64,000 nucleotides of DNA, taken from positions 340,132,001 through 340,196,000 of the forward strand of contig OZ024743.1 of the NCBI GenBank assembly GCA_964016885.1, given 5' to 3'. Each line of letters opens with the position of its first letter. The stretch's first letter is position 1. This stretch comes from Eledone cirrhosa. Taxonomy: Eukaryota. Below, in pieces: positions 52,861 through 64,000 of the stretch. The notes below the pieces were generated by a model. The model did no database searches. It was not told the origin of the DNA and was given only the letters and a program-made list of their open reading frames with translations. Both the position numbers and the translations under genes were made by a program.

Positions 52861-53777
52861 TAGATATAATGATAATCAAAAACGACACCACCATTACCAC
52901 GGATATATATTATAAACACACAGACACCCATCAATATCTGAATTTTAATTCGTGCCATCCACCTCATACAAAACACAACATCCCATACTGCCTAGCCAGA
53001 AGAATTTGTACCATTGTAGAAGATACGAATACCAGGTACAAACGCCTAACAGAACTAAGAGAATTTTTGCTCAAACAAAAATACCCATCTCTACTTATAG
53101 AAAATGGCATACAGCGGGCTATAAAAATACCTATACAACAACTTAGGACAACCCAAGGAAGAAGAAACCAAGAACTGGTCATACCATTTATAATGACACA
53201 CAACCCATGTCACCAGAATATCTTCAACACTGCCAAAGCAAATCTACCGATCATTGCTCAAAGTAATGAATTAAAAGGCTTAATCACAGATCGATCTTTG
53301 ACTCTTCGTAAAAGACAGCCAAAAAATTTGAAGCAATTATTAACAAAAGGAAAGTTTGACCTTAACAACAAAGACCAATCATTCACTGTATCTAAATGCA
53401 ATGATAGTCGATGCGGCACATGTCAATCCATACACGCCGGTCAATATATGAAAACAAAAACTGGAAAAATATTCCCAAATGCAAATATGAACTGCAAAAG
53501 CAGAAATCTAATTTACTGCATTAAATGCCCGAATTGTGAAGAACTATATGTCGGTCAAACTGGAAATGCACTATCGGAACGTGCACGGGTACACCGTCAA
53601 CAAATCAGAGACCCAAATGTCCGTCAGATACCCCTAAGTAACCATCTAGCAACATGTGGTCAGGGAATATTTATAGTATTCCCATTCTACAAATTACACA
53701 GCCCAAGTGAAATCAAGAGAAAAATCAAAGAAAAGAATTTTATTGATAAATTCAAACCCAAGCTAAATGAACAATAA
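52861..53777 (+). pseudogene. Inverted duplicate of the PLE thumb + GIY-YIG region
   Basis: Near-identical protein to the C-terminal part of 51131-52564. Confidence 0.88.
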
Positions 53778-53824
53778 TAACGCTTAGGGGTATTACTTCT
53801 ACTATCACTATGGCTACGACCACT

Positions 53825-53948
<124 letters not shown>

Positions 53949-54248
53949 AAAGTGATGTTGATGGTGATGATTAATAGAAAATGCTATTTTCATCATTTCT
54001 AAAAATAGCAAAACAATTGATGCTTTGGATATGATTAATTATTGGTCGTTAGACATGCTCAACCAGCCGTGATGCTTAAACCAATCAGCTTTAGTAATTC
54101 AGTGAAACTACACATTGATTGGTCGAAATACAGTTTGCAAGACTTAGGATTCTGGAGCCACTTTTCCCTGTATAAAATGTATAAAAGGTAAAAAATTACC
54201 CATCTTATTACAGTTGAAAATTGCAAACTTGACTGTCACCACATATTA

Positions 54249-54287
54249 TGAACCTGAAGATTTCGAAAGCATGAAAGTACTTGTTCA
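54249..54287 (+). ncRNA. Minimal type I hammerhead ribozyme (stem II mismatch)
   Basis: Mirror of 50701-50739 with one substitution. Confidence 0.72.
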
Positions 54288-54453
54288 ATTAACACTTAGA
54301 ATTTAATATTCTATCATACTATTTCATTATAATACCATTATAAATTTTAAAGGATTGTAAATAAAACGAGTAAATCAGACAAAGTTGGAATTCCTCTTAT
54401 TAATATAATCTTCTATACACAATCATACACACCCGTGTATATTTATCTATCTA

Positions 54454-54487
<34 letters not shown>

Positions 54488-54583
54488 CATATATCTTTAC
54501 ACAAGTTTATATATATATATATTAGAAAGTGAGGTTTCTTTTACAAAATGAAAAATAACCGAGGTGTCCTACACGAGTGAAAG

Positions 54584-55130
<547 letters not shown>

Positions 55131-55169
55131 ATATATATACACACACAGAGACACAGATACACACACATG

Positions 55170-55190
<21 letters not shown>

Positions 55191-55200
<10 letters not shown>

Positions 55201-55608
55201 GACGTAAAATAAGAAAATTATAAAAATTAAACAAACTGCTACTATAGTTCATAGTAATAGCTCGGCTACTGTCTTTTTAACACCCCACTACTCACTGATT
55301 AACCTCGATGTCACGTGATTGATTCTTTTGAATTTGCCACCGACCATATAGGCAGTGATTTTTTCAATGTCTTGAAATTTAGTCCACGCTTGCTTTTTTC
55401 CATCCACTGAATTATTTTTGTATAAGTTACCTGTGTCCACGCATCGCCTGGTAACTTAGCTGAGAACAGACTTCCTGATGACGAAAGGTTTTTCCATGCT
55501 TTCCATTTGGAAACCATGTTTATTCCCTTTCAGAAACTAATTAGTTGGACTGAAATTTTAGTGAGTAAGTTAATTTTTATAATTTTCTTATTTTACGTCT
55601 TTCATATA
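55191..55608. mobile_element. PLE-like remnant with ~40-bp terminal inverted repeats
   Basis: 55191-55230 vs 55570-55608; internal hammerhead. Confidence 0.7.
55467..55552 (+). ncRNA. Type I hammerhead ribozyme, extended stem II
   Basis: CUGAUGA 55475-55481; GAAAGG/CCUUUC stem II; GAAA 55533-55536; palindromic CUAAUUAG; UU. Confidence 0.62.
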
Positions 55609-55718
55609 ATTGTTCTGCATCCCCTTGCATTGAACCACAAAGTTACTAAGACAAAACCTATATATTTGCTAACATAGGTATGCATCTGTGTATATATATG
55701 TTGGTAGATATACTAATT

Positions 55719-55775
<57 letters not shown>

Positions 55776-55903
55776 AAAGTTCTATTTAAAGTTGTTGGGA
55801 TACAACAAGTAAATATTTTTATAACTGATAAAAAGCACTCGACAAGTTTTTGGAGTAGATATACGATATTAATAAATGGAAACTATATTTATAAAACCAT
55901 ATT

Positions 55904-55968
55904 TATTTCATTATACATATTTCAGCGATACCACATTAAATTATGGTATGCCTTCATCAGACAAAATA
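55904..55968 (-). ncRNA. Type I hammerhead ribozyme (mirror copy)
   Basis: Reverse complement of 56102-56166. Confidence 0.7.
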
Positions 55969-56101
55969 CAATATATAACAGTTTTACAAATAGCTTTGAC
56001 GTACCCTTTTAAAATGCAACCATTACTTTTGCAGCCTCCAAAAGTAATGGTTGCATTTTAAAAGGGTACGTCAAAGCTATTTGTAAAACTGTCATATATT
56101 G

Positions 56102-56166
56102 TATTTTGTCTGATGAAGGCATACCATAATTTAATGTGGTATCCCTGAAATATGTATAATGAAATA
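56102..56166 (+). ncRNA. Type I hammerhead ribozyme
   Basis: UAUUUUGU CUGAUGA AGGCAUACCAU..GUGGUAUCCCU GAAA UAUGUA UA AUGAAAUA. Confidence 0.75.
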
Positions 56167-56205
56167 AATATGGTTTTATAAATATAGTTTCCATTTATTA
56201 ATATC

Positions 56206-56267
<62 letters not shown>

Positions 56268-56749
56268 CCCGTGGGCAACCACGCAGCACTCCATTTTTCT
56301 AGCATGTGTGACCGGTAGATCGTGATGGCTCCTACCTATACTACTACTTCACTTTGCATGTGTTCACACGAGTGAGGAAACCACATATGTGGAGGTATTT
56401 CATTGACGCGAACGATAAATAGGGATCCGATAGCCACAACGGAATGTCCACCGTCCATTTGTGATTACAAGATTCCTGCTCTGTTTGTAATTTCACCAAG
56501 GAAAAAATATAAAATAAAATATTAAAAAAATGGACTGAAATAAGTATTTACATAACTTTTATAGTGACAAACATATGCGATACTAGTGCCACTCTTTAAA
56601 TGCTTTAAGCACACAAAAAGTATAACCAGCCACTACATGCACTGCTTGTTTCAGGTTAAAGTAGCCCTTTCTCATTTACGTACACATGTAATAACACATG
56701 TATATGTATTATTACATCTTTCTGTCTCTGTTTCTCTCTGTCTCCCCCC

Positions 56750-56797
<48 letters not shown>

Positions 56798-57042
56798 GCC
56801 TTTGTCTAGTTTGTTTTCAATGACCCCTGCATTAAATATTATATAACTAAAATTTTGGTGAAGACATATAGGCAAATTTATGAAAGAGTGTCAAAGATGT
56901 TAAAAGTTCACTTATCTTCTTGGTTTTAACAATCATATTTTAGTATTTTAATATCAGTGAAGAGGACAGCACTCGACAAAACAAATAACAATATATATAT
57001 ATATATATAGTTAAAAGAATAGAGGTGTAACACACAAGTTAT

Positions 57043-57398
57043 TATATATTGGTAAACGGAATAGAAAATGCTGACAAATTGTTCACAGTTGAAAAATGGT
57101 TTAATTAGGAATAAAAGAGTATTAATGATTGTATGGGTTAGTATTCGGTTGTGGTTTTAAGTTTTTAAGTTTTTACCGGTTGCGCATTTCTAAATGCTTT
57201 TCAAAAAGCATTTAGAAAAGCATTTAGAAATGCTTTTGAAAAGCATTTAGAAATGCGCAACCGGTAAAAACTTAAAAACTTAAAACCACAACTGAATACT
57301 AACCCATACAATCACTAATACTCTTTTATTCCTAATTAAACCATTTTTCAACTGTGAACAATTTGTCAGCATTTTCTATTCCGTTTACCAATATATAT
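57043..57398. mobile_element. Fold-back PLE remnant, ~163-bp arms, with a hammerhead-like motif at the centre
   Basis: 57043-57205 vs 57233-57398; UUGAAAA GCAUU-UAGA-AAUGC GCAA CCGG UA. Confidence 0.8.
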
Positions 57399-57685
57399 AT
57401 ATATATTTTTCCCACTACAAGCCGAATATTACATAAAAGAGGGACATCCCCCAACTATATAAACCTTAATCTAGTTAGAAAAATATAAAAACAATCTCTT
57501 CTCAACATATATTAATAACCTTAAATTACCACACTAATAATGGAAAGATATGCTGATGAGAATAGGTGCAAATATGCGATAATGAATGTGTCTAAAAACG
57601 TCCATAAGTATGTATATATATGTGAAAATATATATATATGTTTGATGTGTATAGTTAGATGTAAGTGTATTCATGTATTAAAGTG

Positions 57686-57795
<110 letters not shown>

Positions 57796-57890
57796 TTTTG
57801 AGTTTATGTTGGTTGTATACCAACACCTCAGTATGCAGGCTGGAGCACTCGACGAAGTGCGCAGGTTGGTTTGGTTACTCCGGAGTAGTG

Positions 57891-58304
<414 letters not shown>

Positions 58305-58870
58305 GTGTATGTATATATGTGTATATAGATGTGTATGTATGTGTATGTGTGTACACATGGACTAGAGTATGTATGTATATATGTGTGTGTCTATACGTGT
58401 GTATATAAAGATAAGTTGAGTATGAAAATGTATACACATGAGCGCGTATGTATGTACATGAATACATGTGTGTATATATATGTGTATGCATGTGTATATA
58501 TATGTAAGTATGAATATGTGAATTGTGAGTATATGTATTTTGTTGAGGTGTGCAAATATATTTGTGTGTGAATGCGTGGGTGAAAGGATACGTACACTTG
58601 AAAGAAAAATTTAAGTCTGAATGTTAATTAAGTGCAAACACAAAACCAACCACGCATATCTTTACTATCTCTAATCCTTCTATAGATTTAGAAAAATAAC
58701 CAATAATATATTCTATAAAAAATGTCAAAACAACAGATGGGAATCTAATTACTCACTGCCACCAAGAATTCTCACTGCTATCGAAAAACCACTCCTTCAA
58801 CTATTCTTCTAACAACTTCACCCCTCCCTCCTAATATTCTCTATAAAAACTAAATAGGTCCTCAGTAATA

Positions 58871-58990
58871 TTATTCTGATGAAATGACAGTAAATAATAA
58901 CATTGAAATATTGAATGTCTGCATAACTAAAAGTTTGTAGATAGCAGCTGTTTTAGGTTATGTAACTGTTATAGAAACACGTGTCAATAA
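58871..58990 (+). ncRNA. Type I hammerhead ribozyme with ~90-nt stem II
   Basis: UUAUU CUGAUGA A-AUGACAGU...ACUGUUAU-A GAAA CACGUG UC AAUAA (GUC site). Confidence 0.72.
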
Positions 58991-59434
58991 ATTCCTTTCA
59001 ACTAAACTGTATCCATTCAAATCTTTCTATATATATATATATATACGCAAATATATTTGATAACAGAAAATGTCCTGCGAGATATTGAAAAACTTATCTA
59101 AAAACCTATAAATAGGAATGAGTATCAGCCACATGTGTATACTGTCGGAGTGTGAAAACTTGTGGTCTTTACATTTATATATGTGGATGAACGAAAATAT
59201 ATTGAAATATATTTAAAAAAAAAACAACTGAAAAATATCATATATGTTGATATAAAGAAGAAAATCTCAAAGAAAGAAATGCTTCTTCCACCTTTAAACT
59301 AATGTCTCAACATCGCCTATTTACTATAAACTGAATTAACTGGGTACAAAAACAAAAAAATAGATATCATACAGAACATACACACAGTGTGAAAACTATT
59401 GATGTGTATAAATGAATATATATATATACATACA

Positions 59435-59445
59435 AACACGCCCCG

Positions 59446-59530
<85 letters not shown>
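59435..59530. repeat. (CA)n microsatellite
   Basis: Direct reading. Confidence 0.95.
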
Positions 59531-59534
<4 letters not shown>

Positions 59535-59715
59535 GTCTTGTGAAATATTAAATTCTTTCTTGTTTTGGCTTTGAAATGTAACCAGGTTCGATATAGAATC
59601 AATTCCAGCCACACATCTACAGATGAATTCACGGGACAGCTGCATATATATAGAAATACATATTATCAAAGTATCCATGGAATACACACACATCTATATA
59701 TATATATATATGTGT

Positions 59716-59798
59716 GGAGGCTCGTGGCCTAGTGGAAAGGGTTTTGGACCTACGATCATACTGTCGTGCGTTCGATTCCTGGGTTGATCGTGCGTTCG
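59716..59798 (+). mobile_element. tRNA-like SINE head
   Basis: GTGGCCTAGTGG A-box and GTTCGATTCC B-box. Confidence 0.55.
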
Positions 59799-59799
59799 A

Positions 59800-60298
59800 T
59801 TAGGATTTGATCTCTTGTTGTTGATTTGGTCGGTTAGAAGTGACTACAGCTTCGTAAATTACAGCGGATGTGTTGCACTGTTGTTGGAGGGGACAGTCTT
59901 CAGGCCTTCGGCAAGAGCATCCTGGTGCGATCGTGCTCTTAGGGTTGTAGGTGATGTGAGCCTTCATAATGTTAGCACAGGAGTAGCCAAGTTTCATCCT
60001 GTGCCTGTTAAAGATGGAGCTGTATTTGTGACCTATGCTGAAGTGTCTATCTAAGAGAACTAAACATCTTTTATCTACATTAGTTTTAACGTTGAGTGAG
60101 ATGAGTGGGGAGAACCAAATTATTTTTTTATTTGCACGACTTCTTTTTCTATTGATGTTGGCGTTAGGAGAGGAGTAAGCAATTGATTCTGAGAAGCTGC
60201 TATTAGCTAACGCCGTGTTGTAATAGGGTACTGCTCAGTCAAAGATGACTTTATTAGAAGAGAGGTTAGAGATTCTAGTGCCGATATTTTCTACGAAA
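59800..60298 (-). pseudogene. PLE fragment of a different clade (thumb/linker to the start of GIY-YIG)
   Basis: KIIWFSP..NVKTNV..IFNR..KLGYSC..CSCRRPEDCPL..C..VIYEAVVT. Confidence 0.7.
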
Positions 60299-60363
60299 AT
60301 TATATATACATTTATATATACGTGTGTGTGTGTATATATATATATATTCTTAAATGCATAGAC

Positions 60364-60417
<54 letters not shown>

Positions 60418-60422
<5 letters not shown>

Positions 60423-60536
60423 AACAGGTAAGACCCCGACAGCTGAGCTCAAGCCGTTTCGACGGCTAATTCTGGAGTCCAGAATTAGCCGTCGAAACGG
60501 CTTGAGCTCAGCCGTCGGGGTCTTACCTGTTCCTAT
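60418..60536. repeat. GC-rich near-perfect palindrome, 59-bp arms, 1-nt loop
   Basis: One mismatch seen; left end flush with (TA)n. Confidence 0.92.
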
Positions 60537-60774
60537 TACCCACTCTACTACCCTAAGTATTGAGTACTTTGGTGCGTTATGGTCCACCTGGTTCCTTACC
60601 ACATTTCCTTCGTTATATATATATATATATATATGAAAAGTGTAATTTTCTACACAAAACGAAGGTTATAGAGAAAATTGAGGTTGGTAATGGCACATGG
60701 AATATATAAGAGACAGAATACTTTTTTGTGAAAAAACATAATTTTATAAGGTAAGGAAATAATAAAGGGTATAA

Positions 60775-60822
60775 AAAATGACCGGTTTCGATGGGTCTGC
60801 AAAAGCCATCTTTTCAAATGTT
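60775..60822 (-). ncRNA. Type I hammerhead, U3-A8 core variant
   Basis: AACAU UUGAAAA GAUGG..CCAUC GAAA CCGG UC AUUUU. Confidence 0.6.
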
Positions 60823-61134
60823 GATTAATATTAAGAAAAATTAATAATACGAAGAGTTAAAATTTGAGATTTGAAAATTCAAGTATAAAATTCATTGTGG
60901 GATTTCATAGCAGTTTTCATCTAGGTAGCAACAACAGGTTGACTGCTGTGTCCCTTTCTGGTAGTGAATGAGAAGTTATTTGGGGTGTGGGTTATTTTAT
61001 AAAGGTCAGATTTAGCAATCGCCAACTGGCCAGCTGCTGGTCAGTGAGGGGTGGAAGCAATATACATACACATATCTTCCTGTGGTGGGTAGGAGAGTGG
61101 AGCGTGATAGAAAGGGATTTAGTGCACTTACACC

Positions 61135-61167
61135 TATATATACACACATACCTTCATCTACACATAC

Positions 61168-61200
<33 letters not shown>

Positions 61201-61283
61201 TATATATATATACATATACATACATACATACACACACACATACATATACATACACACATACACACACACACATATATACACAT

Positions 61284-61334
<51 letters not shown>

Positions 61335-61373
61335 TATATATACATACACATACATCCAGATACACACATACAT

Positions 61374-61404
<31 letters not shown>

Positions 61405-61409
61405 CACAC

Positions 61410-61440
<31 letters not shown>

Positions 61441-61765
61441 CACACACACACCCCCACACATACATACACACACACACACATATATATACATACACACATA
61501 CAAACATACACACACACACACATATATATACACATACACACACATATATATACACACGCACACACACGCATATATATATATATATATATACACATACGCA
61601 TACATCCAGATACACAAATACATACACACACACACACACACGCACACACAATACATACATCCACATGCACACACATGCACACACACACACATATACACAT
61701 ACATACACCCACACACAGAGAAATGGCCTCCAAATATATATATATATATACATACAGACACATAT
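61135..61765. repeat. Mixed (CA)n/(TA)n/(TACA)n low-complexity tract
   Basis: Direct reading. Confidence 0.92.
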
Positions 61766-62059
61766 ATTTTTTCCATAATATAAGAAGTTGGGACAGTGAA
61801 ATTAAAATACAAGTCATTCTGATCACATTGAGTTGTTCATGTAGATTGGGCCCCGCAACCGACAGTGGTGAATTCTGTGTGCGCATATATATATAGATAT
61901 ATGTGTGTGCACGTGCAGGGTTTAACATGGATGTGTTGGTCACACAAAGGCATGGTCTGTCAACGAATAAACCTGATTCTACAGAATTGGTCTCTGGTCT
62001 TTAATAGTAGTGATTCCGTGCGTATGTGTGTTTATATTTTATGACAATTCTATTGGGGT

Positions 62060-62222
62060 GATAACCCGTTTAGTTTTGGTTTAAATTTGTTAAGGAATAG
62101 ATTTTCTTTGTTTATTCTTTGTTGCTGTGTGAACGAATCTGAGCACTTGTAGAAGGGGAAGATTTTAAAGTTGGGTAGTGTCATTCCTGCGCAGTTCGCA
62201 ATATGGCTGCTCAAGGGGATTT

Positions 62223-62225
<3 letters not shown>
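62060..62225 (-). pseudogene. PLE GIY-YIG C-terminal fragment, truncated at (TA)n
   Basis: KIPLSSHIANCAG..FKIFPFYKC..RINKENLFLNKFKPKLN, homologous to the end of the 51131-52564 ORF. Confidence 0.75.
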
Positions 62226-62291
<66 letters not shown>

Positions 62292-62925
62292 CTTAAGGAG
62301 GTGTTAATTAGCGTATAAACAGATAAAGAGTGGAGTCGAATGTTTCGCTAATAGCAATATTTGATAGTGTGTGTAGGAGTCTCTCTTGTTGAGGTTGTTA
62401 TGGATCGTTTGTGTTATGTAAGAGCATAGTTGGCTGGTTGAGTGCACTGATCTCAATCCGTGTATGACTGTTTCATATTGTTTGTAAACTGATTTCCTTT
62501 AACCTTTATTAAATAAATTCACGCACACTTCATCAACCAACCAATAAACTAAAATAATAAATCTAACAGTTTAAGATAAAAATATTAGAAAAATAATTAA
62601 CAATTAATTTTCAAGTTCCAAACCAATGAAACGGAAATAAAAATAGAATGCTATAGAAAATACATTAAGATAAACTGAAAGAAGACCAGTGTCACAGAAG
62701 AAACCATACAAATAAACGACATGATACAAGTCAGCCAGTCACAGAGCTTGGTCATGCAACACGTATAAATAGCATGCAAATCTCGTTTAAATCACATGAT
62801 ACAACGATAGAAACTCAGTTTGGTTGCTCGTTCTGCTAGAAATAATAGCCAAATCATTATCATATCAAACCGTATCGTAATAAAAGTGAAGGAAGCATTA
62901 GATAATGTAGTCTTAGATTGATTAT

Positions 62926-63319
<394 letters not shown>

Positions 63320-63386
63320 GTTTAAGTGTCAGTCATACAAAAGTGAGTTACAAACGAAACGAAATTTAATTTCGTTTCGTTATTTG

Positions 63387-63435
<49 letters not shown>

Positions 63436-63441
<6 letters not shown>

Positions 63442-63797
63442 TAATAAAAATAATGAATAAACAAAGAAACAGTTCCTTATATTAAAAATTCATCATTTTA
63501 CGATCGCTTCTAGGATATATATGTTAGTGTTGGTATGCATATCCTATAGATCTATGTAAAACTTTTACAAACTATCAGAGGGAATATACATACCTACACA
63601 TATATATGCTGTCTTCAGAAATAATAAGAAACTGTTTCTTTGTTTATTCATTATTTTTATTAATTTATCTTGACTCTGTTTTCCTGTATTTTTCATCGAA
63701 AAAATTTTTTGAATACATTATCTCTTTTCATGATATTCGGATTACATTGAGTACTTCATACGGATTGGACACTACCGTACATTTTGGTAGATTTATC

Positions 63798-63800
<3 letters not shown>
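63436..63800. mobile_element. PLE-like remnant with inverted termini; second family copy at 63843-64000
   Basis: 63436-63480 vs 63624-63668; 63625-63725 repeated near 63897-64000. Confidence 0.7.
63492..63625 (-). ncRNA. Degenerate type I hammerhead with long stem II
   Basis: AUUAUUU CUGAAGA ...long hairpin... GAAG CGAUCG UA AAAUGAU; the GAAA core is mutated to GAAG. Confidence 0.55.
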
Positions 63801-63848
<48 letters not shown>

Positions 63849-64000
63849 TAACAAAGAAACAGTTCCTTATATTAAGAATTTAAAAACATTTTTAATATAA
63901 GGAACTGTTTCTTTGTTTTTATTCATTGTTTTTATTAATTTATCTTGACTCTGTTTTCCTGTGATTTTCATCGAAAAGATTTTTGAATACATCTTCTCTT

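Larger units (their letters stand above)
55859..56211. mobile_element. Near-perfect fold-back PLE remnant, ~173-bp arms
   Basis: 55859-56031 vs 56039-56211; right end flush with (TA)n. Confidence 0.88.

Noticed and set aside
56268-56500. GC-richer unique segment after a (TA)n tract
   Set aside because: No ORF, repeat partner or RNA motif could be recognised.
59110-59175. Possible A3-U8 hammerhead (AUGAGUA...GAAA); similar weak motifs at 50325-50390 and 63185-63240
   Set aside because: Stems or core too degenerate to support by eye.

Overview
Repeat-saturated, AT-rich metazoan DNA. The SINE and microsatellite content suggests a cephalopod (Octopus-like), which is my inference only. No host gene is supportable. 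Contents: (1) six Tx1/L1-clade LINEs, one sitting in an (ATT)n tract and five forming a 17-kb head-to-tail array in which every junction is an (ATCT)n tract; (2) R4/Dong-like restriction-like-endonuclease retrotransposon fragments abutting (TATG)n tracts; (3) a decayed Helitron with a nested Chapaev3 transposon and SINEs, plus other Helitron pieces; (4) many tRNA-derived SINEs, several with clear TSDs; (5) from about 50 kb to the end, a dense field of Penelope-like element (PLE) insertions in (TA)n tracts. These are mostly outward-facing inverted repeats carrying type I hammerhead ribozyme motifs (about 13 seen by eye, including U3-A8 core variants), plus one 3.8-kb inverted PLE with an open RT+GIY-YIG frame. 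The main theme is three retroelement lineages, each associated with a different microsatellite. All alignments and folds were done by eye, and boundaries are approximate to a few bases.
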